DNA of 19,506 nt, from assembly GCA_041497675.1 (NCBI GenBank), contig JBGQGY010000070.1, positions 1 through 19,506 of the forward strand. Reading direction: 5' to 3'. Shown here one piece after another: positions 1 through 8,692 of this stretch (its first letter is position 1; each line of letters starts with the position of its first letter). The stretch is from a bacterium (GTDB lineage: Bacteria; Sysuimicrobiota; Sysuimicrobiia; Sysuimicrobiales; Humicultoraceae). A model generated the notes under the pieces. That model saw nothing but the letters and a program-made list of their open reading frames with translations. It was not told the DNA's origin and did no database searches. Both the position numbers and the translations under genes were made by a program.

Positions 1-1164
1 AACACGTACATTGACTTCTCGTCCGGCATCTATGTGACGAGCCTGGGCCACTGTCATCCGAAGGTCACCGAGGCCGTTCGCCGGTATGCCGGCACCCTCA
101 TGAACTGCCACGACTTCACGACGCCCGTGAAGACTCGCCTCCTCGAGCGGCTGGCTGAAATCGCTCCCGGCGATCTGCACGGGGCGCAATTCTACGACAG
201 CGGCACAACGGCGGTGGAGGCGGGGCTGCGCATCATGCGCGCCGCCACGGGCAAAATGGAGTTTATTTCCTTCTATAATGCGTTCCACGGCAAGACCCTG
301 GGGGCGGCCAGCCTCGGCCACATGGACGCGTCACAGGGTCTGCGGGCGCCGGGTTTTCACCGTGTGCCTGGCCCGTATCCGTACCGCTGCCCCTGGGGCG
401 ACGAGTGCCGGGACTGCGGGACGCGGGCGGTCGAGCACTTGCGCGACGTGCTCAGACAGCAGACCGCGGGGCGGGTTGCCGGGGTCGTGGTCGAGCCGAT
501 CCAGGGCTGGGCGGGGTCGATCGTGCCGCCGGACAGTTTCCTGCCGGCGTTGCGCGCGCTGTGCGATGAGTATGGGCTGCTCCTGCTCGCCGACGAGGTG
601 CTCTGTGGCATGGGCCGGAGCGGCAAGATGTTCGCCGTCAATCACTGGAACGTCGTGCCGGACGTGCTGACGGTGGGGAAGGGGCTGGGAAACGGATTTC
701 CCGTCACCGCCGTGCTGGTCACCGACCGGCACAAGGACGCGGTCGAAAAGATCAGCGCGTCGACCTCGTACGGCGGGAATCCGATGGCGTGCGCCGCGGC
801 ACTGGCGTCCATCGAGGTCATCGAGGAAGAAGATCTCGTTCGGCGCTCCGCCGACTTGGGCGATTACCTCCTGACCCGCATGCGCGGCATGGCTGCGGGC
901 CACCCGATCATCGGCGAAGTACGCGGCAAGGGCTGCATCCTGGCCATAGAACTCGTCAAGGACCGGACCACGAAGGAGCCGTTCACGAAGGCGGGCGAGA
1001 TGGTCTATCGCAAGGCGTTTGAGCGTGGCCTGGCTTGGATCCCGGCCGGGCACATCTTGCGGATGTCGCCGCCTCTCATCATGGAGAGGGCTGTGGCGTC
1101 TAAAGCCCTTGACGTGATTGAAGAGGCGATTGCGGAGACGGAGCGAGAACTCGGCGTCGCCTGA
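1..1164 (+). CDS. Class-III PLP-dependent aminotransferase (GabT/ArgD-like family), 5'-truncated
   Basis: Frame is open from base 1 (NTYIDFSSGIYVTSLGHCHP), so the real start lies upstream of the window. Motifs: FHGKT, EPIQG, ADEVLCGMGRSGK, TVGKGLGNG (PLP Lys), SYGGNP, EVRGKG, LRMSPPL. Confidence 0.93.
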   Translation, partial: NTYIDFSSGIYVTSLGHCHPKVTEAVRRYAGTLMNCHDFTTPVKTRLLERLAEIAPGDLHGAQFYDSGTTAVEAGLRIMRAATGKMEFISFYNAFHGKTLGAASLGHMDASQGLRAPGFHRVPGPYPYRCPWGDECRDCGTRAVEHLRDVLRQQTAGRVAGVVVEPIQGWAGSIVPPDSFLPALRALCDEYGLLLLADEVLCGMGRSGKMFAVNHWNVVPDVLTVGKGLGNGFPVTAVLVTDRHKDAVEKISASTSYGGNPMACAAALASIEVIEEEDLVRRSADLGDYLLTRMRGMAAGHPIIGEVRGKGCILAIELVKDRTTKEPFTKAGEMVYRKAFERGLAWIPAGHILRMSPPLIMERAVASKALDVIEEAIAETERELGVA

Positions 1165-2480
1165 TGCCCGGCGGTCACGAATCGTCCAGCATCCGCTGCG
1201 GCGTCGCCCGCGTCGATATTAGCCCCGCTCCCGGCACCGAGCTGGCCGGCTACCCGTTCGTTCGTCGCCCCTGTCGCGGGACGCACGACCCGCTCTACGC
1301 CACGGCGATGGTCTTTGACTCGAACGGGGCGTCGGCGGCCATCATCGCCCTTGACGTGCTTGCCGTCGGTCCCTCGCTCGTCGGGACCATCCGGGAGCAC
1401 ATCCACCGCCGTCTCGGGATTCCTCCCGACCATGTCCTGGTGTGCGCCACGCACACCCATTCGGCGCCGGCGCTGCCGCTGGGCCCGGCCGCGGATCCCG
1501 GCGTGTACGGGGCCGCCGATCCGGCCTACACGGGCGGGCTTCCGGCCTGCGTGCACGAGGCGTGTGACGCGGCGGCGGCCGCGCGTCGGCCCATCGCGCT
1601 GACACTTGGTCATGCCTGGGTCGACGGTGTCGCATCCAATCGTCGCCATCCCGGCGGCGTGACCGACTCGCGCGTGACGGCGCTCTTCGCCCGTGATCCT
1701 ACCGGACAGGTCGTCGGCGTCGTCTTGAACTTCGCGTGCCACCCGACCGTCCTGCACGCCGACAACGCGCTCGCGTCGTCGGACGTTGTCTGGGCGGCGC
1801 GTCGTGTCGTAGAAGAGCGCCTGGGCGGCATCGCCCTATACACGACCGGGGCCGCAGGGGACCAGAGCACACGGCATACGCGGCGCGCGGCCACCTTTGA
1901 CGAGGCCGACCGGTTGGGATCGATCGTGGGTGAAGAGGCTGCCGCCTGCGCCCCGCGTGCGAACGCGCTGGCCGGAACCCGAGTTGGCGGCAGACGCCGC
2001 CACGTGACGCTGCCGTTTCGACGTCTGCCATCCCGCCAGGACGCGGAACGACACCTCGCGCGCGCCGAGGATCATCTGGCGGCATTGACGGCCGCCGGCA
2101 CCCCAGGCCCCGCGCTTCGTACCGCCGAGGTCGAGGTGTTCGGAGCGCGCCACACGGCGCGGTGGGTCAAGGACGACGCCGGCGCCTCGGGTGCCGCCGC
2201 CTCGGGCGCCCGAGCCGAGGTGCAGGTACTCGCGATCGGCGACCTGAGGATCGCCGGCTTGCCGGTCGAGCTATTTGCCGAGGATGGGCTGCGCCTGCAG
2301 GCCGGCACCAAAGCCCCGCTGATCGTCGTCTGCTACGCGAACGACATGCTTGGATACGCCCCGCCGCCGGCAGCATTTCACGAAGGCGGTTACGAGCCGT
2401 CGTCGACGCTCTTGGGGCCGGAGGCGAAAGACCGTGTACTGGATGCCGCGCTCGAACTCCTCCAGGCGGTGCAGGTCTGA
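1164..2480 (+). CDS. Neutral/alkaline ceramidase N-terminal-domain-like metallo-amidohydrolase
   Basis: Motifs DISP..G..LAGY, THDPLYA, ATHTHSAP, NFACHPT, GAAGD, LPVELF, YAND..GY and GGYE are typical of bacterial ceramidase-like proteins. TGATG coupling to the upstream gene. Confidence 0.82.
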   Translation: MPGGHESSSIRCGVARVDISPAPGTELAGYPFVRRPCRGTHDPLYATAMVFDSNGASAAIIALDVLAVGPSLVGTIREHIHRRLGIPPDHVLVCATHTHSAPALPLGPAADPGVYGAADPAYTGGLPACVHEACDAAAAARRPIALTLGHAWVDGVASNRRHPGGVTDSRVTALFARDPTGQVVGVVLNFACHPTVLHADNALASSDVVWAARRVVEERLGGIALYTTGAAGDQSTRHTRRAATFDEADRLGSIVGEEAAACAPRANALAGTRVGGRRRHVTLPFRRLPSRQDAERHLARAEDHLAALTAAGTPGPALRTAEVEVFGARHTARWVKDDAGASGAAASGARAEVQVLAIGDLRIAGLPVELFAEDGLRLQAGTKAPLIVVCYANDMLGYAPPPAAFHEGGYEPSSTLLGPEAKDRVLDAALELLQAVQV

Positions 2481-3964
2481 CGCGCGCGGTGCTGGGGATC
2501 GACCTCAGCACGACCTCGGCGAAGGCCGGCGTACTCGCCGCCGACGGGCGGCTTGTCGCTGTTGAGATCATCGACTACGAATCCCGCTACGGCCCCGGAG
2601 GCATCGTTGAGCAGGATGCGTTCGCCTGGTGGGATGCTGCGACGCGGGCGGTGCGCGCGGTGCTCGCGCACGTGCCGGACGCGGCCGTGGAGGGCGTCTC
2701 GATTTCCTCCCAGGGGATCACCGTGGTGCCTGTCGGCGACGACAACCAGCCGATCCGGGCGGCCCTGACGTGGCTGGATCTGCGCGCGACCGCCGAGGCC
2801 GGCGCGCTGGCCGCCGCCGGCGCGCCGGAGGCCATCTTTCGCCTGACCGGCCGCCGGCCCAGCGCCGCGTACACGCTGCCGAAACTCATGTGGCTTCGAA
2901 TGCACGAGCCGGACGTTTTTGCGCGCGCGCGCGCCTTCTTGCTGCCGATGGATTTTCTGCTGGCCCGTCTGACGGGCGTCCCGACAACCGATCACACGAT
3001 GGCGTCGGGGACCCTGTGCTACGATCTCACGACCCTTGGCTGGTCGCCCGCGTTGCTGCAGCACGCGGGTCTGGATGCGACGCGGCTCCCGCCGATCCAG
3101 TGGGCGGCGTCTCTCGCCGGGTCGGTCAACCGCGACGCCTCTCGCGCGACAGGACTGAGAGAGGGGACGCCCGTGTTCGTCGGGGGGCAGGATCAGAAGT
3201 GCGCGGCGCTCGCGGCGGGACTGGAATCTGATGTCGTCACCATCTCATTGGGGACGGCGGCGGCCATCATCGCGCTGACCCGCGAGGCGACGCTCGATCC
3301 CGCGATGCGCGTGCCGGCGTGCCCGTACCTGTTTCCGGGCGGATGGCTGCTGGAGGGAGTGGTCGGAACCGCCGGCGCCAGCCTCGCCTGGCTGCGCCGC
3401 ATCCTCGAAGGGGCCGGTGGGATGCCTCTCGACTACGATGTGATCACGTCGCGCGCGGGACAGTCGCCCATCGGGGCGCGCGGCGTCCGCTTCTACCCGC
3501 ATCTCTCCGGGGCGACGGCGCCTTCCTGGCACGCGGATGCACGCGGGGCGTTCTGCGGGCTCGCGTTGAGCACCACGCTCGACGATTGCGCGCGCGCAGT
3601 CCTCGAAGGCGTCGCGTTGCAGGTGCGCGCCAACCTGGACGCCATGACGGAGCTGGGGGTGCGCCCGTCTTCGCTCCGCGTCTTCGGCGGGGGCGCGAAG
3701 AGCAGCCTCTGGCGCGAGATCCTGGCTGCGGCGACGGGATTGCCGATCATGCACTCTGACCTCGTCGAGGCCGCTGTCCTGGGAGCCGCCGCCCTGGCCG
3801 CCCTGGGCGCGGGTCTGTGGACGTCGCCGTCTGCCGGCGTCGCCGCGTTGCGGCGGTGGGGCGGCGAACAACGAGTGCAGCCGGCGGCTGCGGCCGTCGA
3901 GGCATACGATCGCGTGTACACGGAGTACTGCGCCACAGAGGCGCGAGTGATTGGGCACGCCTGA
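2477..3964 (+). CDS. FGGY-family carbohydrate kinase (xylulokinase-like)
   Basis: Motifs VLGIDLSTTSAK, EQD, WLDLRA, PKLMW, TDHTMASGT, GGQDQ, SLGT, EGVA, FGGGAKS. The ORF-track start at 2162 overlaps the upstream gene by more than 300 nt. The real start is probably CTG 2477 (CTGA overlap) or GTG 2489. Confidence 0.92.
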   Translation: MTRAVLGIDLSTTSAKAGVLAADGRLVAVEIIDYESRYGPGGIVEQDAFAWWDAATRAVRAVLAHVPDAAVEGVSISSQGITVVPVGDDNQPIRAALTWLDLRATAEAGALAAAGAPEAIFRLTGRRPSAAYTLPKLMWLRMHEPDVFARARAFLLPMDFLLARLTGVPTTDHTMASGTLCYDLTTLGWSPALLQHAGLDATRLPPIQWAASLAGSVNRDASRATGLREGTPVFVGGQDQKCAALAAGLESDVVTISLGTAAAIIALTREATLDPAMRVPACPYLFPGGWLLEGVVGTAGASLAWLRRILEGAGGMPLDYDVITSRAGQSPIGARGVRFYPHLSGATAPSWHADARGAFCGLALSTTLDDCARAVLEGVALQVRANLDAMTELGVRPSSLRVFGGGAKSSLWREILAAATGLPIMHSDLVEAAVLGAAALAALGAGLWTSPSAGVAALRRWGGEQRVQPAAAAVEAYDRVYTEYCATEARVIGHA

Positions 3965-3991
3965 AGACGCTCGCGGGTGGCGCGGGGCCGT

Positions 3992-4789
3992 TTACCAGAT
4001 GGTCCAGCCGCCGTCCACCACGAGGTTGTGCCCCGTGATGAACGCGGAGGCATCGGAAGCGAGGAAGACGATGACCCCTCGTAGGTCGTCGGGTTCTCCG
4101 AGCCGGCCCAACGGCGTCCGTGCCACAAGCCGAGCCCTGACGTCCGGCGGGATCCCTCGATCCGCCACGTCGATCCGGCCAAACATGCCGGGGCTGATGG
4201 CATTGACGGTGATCCCGTGACGCGCCCAACCGGCGGCCAGATCCCGCGTCAGGCTGAGTAGGGCGCCCTTGCTCGTCGCGTAAGGCAATGACTGCGCGGT
4301 ATCGAGATCGCCCTCTGCGTACAGGGACAGGTCCCGGCCCACCGATCCGTAGACAGACGACACGTTGATAATGCGGCCGCGGCGCCGCGCGATCATGTGG
4401 GGACCGGCCGCGCGGCAGCAGAGAAAGACGCCGGTCACGCTCACGTCCAGCACGCGCTGCCACTCGGCCAGCGGCTGAACGGGCACCGGGGCGCGATGAT
4501 ACCCGACGGCGTTGTTGACCAGCACGTCGATGGCACCGAACGTGGAGAGAATCTGGTCGAAGGCCGTACCGACCGCCGATTCGTCGGTCACGTCGGCGCT
4601 GATCGCCAGCGCCTGGCGGCCCAGACGCCGGATCTCCTCCGCTGTCGACTTCAGCGGTTCCGGTCTGCGGCCGATGACCGCGACCGCCGCCCCGGCCTCG
4701 GCGAGCGCCAGCGCGAAGACCCGGCCGAGACCTGATCCCCCGCCGGTCACCACGGCGGTCCGGCGGTCAAGACGGAACATGTCCATCAT
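3992..4789 (-). CDS. Short-chain dehydrogenase/reductase (gluconate 5-dehydrogenase/KduD-like classical SDR)
   Basis: Motifs TGGGSGLG, DVTD, LVNNA, SS, YATSK (YxxxK), VNAISPG, ITGHNLVVDGG. Start at ATG 4789 forms an ATGA overlap with the upstream stop. GRR after beta-2 suggests NADP(H) preference. Confidence 0.92.
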   Translation of the reverse strand: MMDMFRLDRRTAVVTGGGSGLGRVFALALAEAGAAVAVIGRRPEPLKSTAEEIRRLGRQALAISADVTDESAVGTAFDQILSTFGAIDVLVNNAVGYHRAPVPVQPLAEWQRVLDVSVTGVFLCCRAAGPHMIARRRGRIINVSSVYGSVGRDLSLYAEGDLDTAQSLPYATSKGALLSLTRDLAAGWARHGITVNAISPGMFGRIDVADRGIPPDVRARLVARTPLGRLGEPDDLRGVIVFLASDASAFITGHNLVVDGGWTIW

Positions 4790-5988
4790 GCCGTTCCCTG
4801 CGCGGCGCCGCCGGGTTGATGCGACACCTTCCACGGCCGCGGCGCGAACGGAAAGCGCTCAAGCGTTTCGCGTGTGAGCCGGACCCCAAATCCCGGGACC
4901 GTCGGCGGGTGGAGATACCCACCGCGGATATCGAACGGCTCGATCAGCAATTCGTCAAACAACGGATTCTGCTCGACCTGGTATTCGACGATCGTGCAGT
5001 CCGGCTGCGAGAACGCAAAGTGGTAGTTCGCCGCCCGCGCGACCGCCGTGCCCGCGACATGCAGCGTCGAGCGTATGCCGTGCGCGCGCGCCAAGGCGAA
5101 GGTTTTTTGGGCCGCGCCGATGCCCATCCAGGCGACATCGGGTTGAATCACGTCGAGCGCGTCTTTCTCCAGATACCGTTCGATCTCGTGCACGGTCGTC
5201 GCCTCTTCGGCGCCCGCGATCGGCGTCGTCACCTGGGCCCGTAGCCGTGCGTACCCTTCGACATCGTCCGATGCGCAGGGTTGCTCGAACCACATCAGAC
5301 GGTACTGATCAAGCGCCTGGATGATGTGAATGGCCGCGTCGCTCGACCACGGGTGGGGGTTGTTCGCGCCGTGATGGTCGAGCGCGAGATCAATGCGGCT
5401 GCCGACGGCGCGCCGAATCGCCTCCACCTTGGAGCACTCTTCATCGATCACCTGCGCAATGGGCGTGTCGTGATCGCGGGGTTTGCCCCAAAACCCTGTG
5501 GCGAGCTTGACGGCGGTGAATCCCTGCGCGACGTAGTGAAGGACCTTCTGTGCGGACTCCTCCGGTGGAAACAGCGAGGCATACGCGCTCGCGTACAGGC
5601 GCAGTGTGCCTTGCGCCAAGCCGCCCAGCACCTGATAGGCGGGCAGATTGAGTCGCTTGGCGTGCAGGTCCCACAACGCCATCTCGATACCGCTCATGAC
5701 TTGCACGGGCAGCCCGTGCATGCCCCAGCGCATCGACCGCAGGCGCATCGTGTCCATCAGCCGCCCGATGTCGTGGGGGTCTTGTCCGAGCAACAAGGGG
5801 CGATACAGATCAACACACGGCGGCACCAGCGGCGCCACGTATAGCCCGGCGTAAGTCTCGCCCAATCCGGTCGCGCCATCGTCGGTCGTGATGTGAATCA
5901 GCGCTGCAGAGCGCTGCGTATCCGGCATGCCGATGTGTGTGCCCGGCGCGGTCAGCAGAAAGGTCGACACGTCGGTGATACGGGTCAT
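4786..5988 (-). CDS. Mandelate racemase/muconate lactonizing enzyme family protein (probable acid-sugar dehydratase)
   Basis: Motifs TDDG.TG.GE and SGIEMALWDL.AK; metal ligands in LDHH, FEQP and GAEE; IQPD, LH, VEY, P..PGFGV. Confidence 0.92.
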   Translation of the reverse strand: MTRITDVSTFLLTAPGTHIGMPDTQRSAALIHITTDDGATGLGETYAGLYVAPLVPPCVDLYRPLLLGQDPHDIGRLMDTMRLRSMRWGMHGLPVQVMSGIEMALWDLHAKRLNLPAYQVLGGLAQGTLRLYASAYASLFPPEESAQKVLHYVAQGFTAVKLATGFWGKPRDHDTPIAQVIDEECSKVEAIRRAVGSRIDLALDHHGANNPHPWSSDAAIHIIQALDQYRLMWFEQPCASDDVEGYARLRAQVTTPIAGAEEATTVHEIERYLEKDALDVIQPDVAWMGIGAAQKTFALARAHGIRSTLHVAGTAVARAANYHFAFSQPDCTIVEYQVEQNPLFDELLIEPFDIRGGYLHPPTVPGFGVRLTRETLERFPFAPRPWKVSHQPGGAAQGTA

Positions 5989-6965
5989 GGTGCGACCTGC
6001 GGATTGACCAGATTGATCGGAGGACCGCCCGCGCGGTACGAGTCAATGATGCGTAGCCACTCGTCAACGAGGGCATGAATGCTCTCCACAGTGCTGCCGG
6101 CCGTGTGTCCGGTGATGATCACATGATCCATCTGCAGCAGGGGATGATCGAGTGCAGGCGGTTCCTGTTCGAGGACGTCCAAACACGCCCCGGCGATCTG
6201 GCCGCGCTGCAGGGCATCGGTCAATGCGCGTTCGTCCACCAAACCACCGCGGCTGGTGTTCAAGAGATAGGCGGTCGGCTTCATCGTGGCGAGTTCGCGC
6301 GCGCCGATGAGGTGTCGCGTGGTGTCGTTCAAGCGCAGGTGGAGGGAGACAAAGTCCGCGCGCGCCAGCAGCTCGTCACGTGTGACAGGGTCGCCATGAT
6401 CTGTACGGATGTCGTGCGCCGAGACATACGGATCGCACACGAGCACGTGCATGCTCAACGCGTGTGCCCGCCAGGCCACGGCGCGAGCGATCTTGCCAAA
6501 CCCGATCAGACCGAGCGTCTTGCCGGCGAAACGATAGCGAGGCTGGGCGCGGGGCGCGAGGGGCCATGCGCCGGCGCGCACCGCCGCTTCGAGCGCCCGC
6601 AGCTTGCGGGCACATGCCAGGAGGAGCATGAGCGTATGTTCGGCCACGTCTTCGACGTTGTAGGTGGCCGCGTTGCAAACCATGACGCCGCGCTCGGTGG
6701 CCGCCTGAACGTCGATGTGATCGTAGCCGCTCCCCGACGAGATAATGAGGCGGAGGCGTGGGAGGTGGTCGAGCACAACGCGGGTCACCGGGAAGCGATA
6801 CGCGAGGTAGATGCTGGCGTTCGTCGCGCGCGCAATGACCTCCTGTTCGGACATGCACTGTTCAAGCGCCAAGGTGATGCGTCGCTCGGCCAGACGTTGC
6901 CGCAGGATGTCGTACGCCCACATGACATCGCGTTCGTAGTTGGAGGCAAAGACGTGGTCGATCAT
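5985..6965 (-). CDS. D-isomer-specific 2-hydroxyacid dehydrogenase (CtBP/SerA-like, NAD-dependent)
   Basis: Motifs GSGYDHIDV, VAEHT, GLIGFGKIA, CDPY, DFVSLH, NTSRG, LDVLEQEP, TGHTAG (Arg/Glu/His catalytic set). GGAGG lies 8 nt before ATG 6965, so this start is preferred over GTG 6974. Confidence 0.92.
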   Translation of the reverse strand: MIDHVFASNYERDVMWAYDILRQRLAERRITLALEQCMSEQEVIARATNASIYLAYRFPVTRVVLDHLPRLRLIISSGSGYDHIDVQAATERGVMVCNAATYNVEDVAEHTLMLLLACARKLRALEAAVRAGAWPLAPRAQPRYRFAGKTLGLIGFGKIARAVAWRAHALSMHVLVCDPYVSAHDIRTDHGDPVTRDELLARADFVSLHLRLNDTTRHLIGARELATMKPTAYLLNTSRGGLVDERALTDALQRGQIAGACLDVLEQEPPALDHPLLQMDHVIITGHTAGSTVESIHALVDEWLRIIDSYRAGGPPINLVNPQVAP

Positions 6966-7005
6966 GCCGTGCACCTCCGATCACGCACCGCGGCGATCGT
7001 CGGAC

Positions 7006-7035
7006 TTGACAGTGCAGCCGAGCCACGCCTAGAGT
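7006..7035 (+). promoter_or_regulatory. Sigma70-type promoter for the ABC transporter operon
   Basis: Perfect TTGACA (7006-7011), 18-nt spacer, TAGAGT (7030-7035), in an AT-richer divergent intergenic region. Confidence 0.7.
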
Positions 7036-7037
7036 AG

Positions 7038-7060
7038 ACTGTGTAAGTGTATTGCATAGT
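7038..7060. promoter_or_regulatory. Putative repressor operator, site 1 (ACTGTGTAA-GTGTA-TTGCATAGT)
   Basis: Imperfect palindrome with 7/9 arm symmetry directly after the -10 element. Related copies at 14625-14647 and 18375-18397. Confidence 0.72.
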
Positions 7061-7101
7061 TTGCACCCTCTTACCTTCCTACAGGCACAAGGAGCGAGGA
7101 G

Positions 7102-8664
7102 ATGCGTAGAGTGCGGTGGGCCGCGTATACGGTCGTGGCGTTGGCGAGTCTGCTCGCAAGTTCCTTTGCGCCCGCGGTGTCGGCCCCGCAAGCACCACAG
7201 GTGCTCAGGGGAGGACAGGTTGGAGATCTCCTCAGCCTGGAGCCCTATCGGTTTGTCGTACAGAACTACGTCTTCCTGGAGCAGGTGTTCGACCAGTTGC
7301 TCGTCAACGACAAGAACGAAAAGCTGGCCGGCGAGGCTGCAGAGTCCTGGGAACTCGCGCCCGACAGCATGAGTGTCAAGATGAAGCTCCGGCCCAACAT
7401 GGTAACGCACGCCGGGACCCCCGTGAATGCCGAGATGCTGCGCTGGGCGATTACGAACCGGATGATGAGACCCGACCGCGGCGGCGTGATGTACAGTTTC
7501 CTTCGACCGTACTTCAAGTCCGTTGAGGTTCTCGACCCGCTCACGCTGGTCATTAACTTCTCGATTCCGACGCCACAAGCCCTGGATCTGCTGGCGCTGA
7601 TGCCGATTGCCGATCCCAAGATGTTTGTCCGCGACGACGGTACCGAGGCGCTCCTGAACCAGGCCGACAAGCTCATTGGGAGTGGACCCTTCCGGCTGGC
7701 AGAGTACGTCCGGAACTCTCATGTCGTGTTCGAGCGGTTCGACCGGTACTGGGAGCGAGAGTCCCCCAAGCTGAGCCGGGTTGAGATGCGGATCTTCGGT
7801 GACTCGGCCTCGATGATCGCCGCCCTCGAGGCCGGTGAGATCCAGTATGCATTCGACCCTCCGTACCGGGATGCGGCCCGGCTCGCACGAAACCGCAACT
7901 TTACGGTACACGTGCCGAAGACCTTTGGGATTGTGCACGTCCTGATGGTGAATCCCAGGGTTGCGAAGCTGCGCGACGCGCGGGTGCGTCAGGCGATCAA
8001 CTACGCGATCGACCGAGGCGCGATCAATACGGCGGCGTTCGAAGGGCTCGGGATCCCGACGGGTGTGTGTTTCCCGCGTACCTCACTCGCCTACACCGCC
8101 GCGCATGACATCGGCACCTCGGCCAACGTGTCCCGGGCAAAAGCGTTGCTCAAGCAGGCTGACGTCACGAATCTGGATATCGCGATCACCGTACCGAGCA
8201 ACCGTCAGGATATGACCACGACCGCCCAGATTCTCGTCGCGAACCTGCAGGCTATTGGGATCACGGCGCGCGTGGACTCGGTCGAGGCCAACGTGTGGAC
8301 CCAGCGGCGGCTGAGCCAACAGTTCGAGCTCATGCTGTCGCTGGTGTCTCAGACCAACATCCACCCGGCGATGATGGAAGGGAGCTTTGTTTTTTTCAGC
8401 GACAACAATCCGTTCTTCCGCGACATCGCCCCGGACCAACGGTATCTCGACTATCAGGTCGCCTTCCGGCGGGGGCTGACGGCCAAGACGGTCGGGGAGG
8501 CGCGGGCCGCGTGGTCATCGGCCTCGAAGGCGCTGGTCACGGGAGCCTGGGTGGATTGCACGGTCGCCGCGCCATTCCTGCATATCACGTCGTCCAAAGT
8601 CAAGGGCTTGACCTGGACTGAGGCGGACAAACCGGTGCTCAAGCACGTCACGATAGAGCGATAG
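7102..8664 (+). CDS. ABC transporter substrate-binding protein, family 5 (OppA/DppA-like)
   Basis: N-terminal signal peptide (MRRVRW...AVSA); motifs AESWE, GSGPFRL, FERFDRYW, ALEAGEI, DARVRQAINYAIDR, NLQAIGI. AAGGAG/GAGGAG RBS upstream. Confidence 0.93.
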   Translation: MRRVRWAAYTVVALASLLASSFAPAVSAPQAPQVLRGGQVGDLLSLEPYRFVVQNYVFLEQVFDQLLVNDKNEKLAGEAAESWELAPDSMSVKMKLRPNMVTHAGTPVNAEMLRWAITNRMMRPDRGGVMYSFLRPYFKSVEVLDPLTLVINFSIPTPQALDLLALMPIADPKMFVRDDGTEALLNQADKLIGSGPFRLAEYVRNSHVVFERFDRYWERESPKLSRVEMRIFGDSASMIAALEAGEIQYAFDPPYRDAARLARNRNFTVHVPKTFGIVHVLMVNPRVAKLRDARVRQAINYAIDRGAINTAAFEGLGIPTGVCFPRTSLAYTAAHDIGTSANVSRAKALLKQADVTNLDIAITVPSNRQDMTTTAQILVANLQAIGITARVDSVEANVWTQRRLSQQFELMLSLVSQTNIHPAMMEGSFVFFSDNNPFFRDIAPDQRYLDYQVAFRRGLTAKTVGEARAAWSSASKALVTGAWVDCTVAAPFLHITSSKVKGLTWTEADKPVLKHVTIER

Positions 8665-8692
8665 CAGCGGGCATCACCGCGATTCACACACC

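Noticed and set aside
2162..2476. 105-aa N-terminal extension of the FGGY kinase in the 600-aa ORF
   Set aside because: It overlaps the ceramidase-like gene in another frame and is Arg/Ala-rich shadow sequence. The FGGY fold begins at about 2477-2489.
3965..3991. Convergent gap between kinase and SDR as a possible bidirectional terminator
   Set aside because: No convincing hairpin with U-tracts is visible.
8667..8680. Small inverted repeat GCGG-GCATCA-CCGC after the binding-protein gene
   Set aside because: The stem is only 4 bp with no U-tract, too weak to call a terminator or stabiliser.
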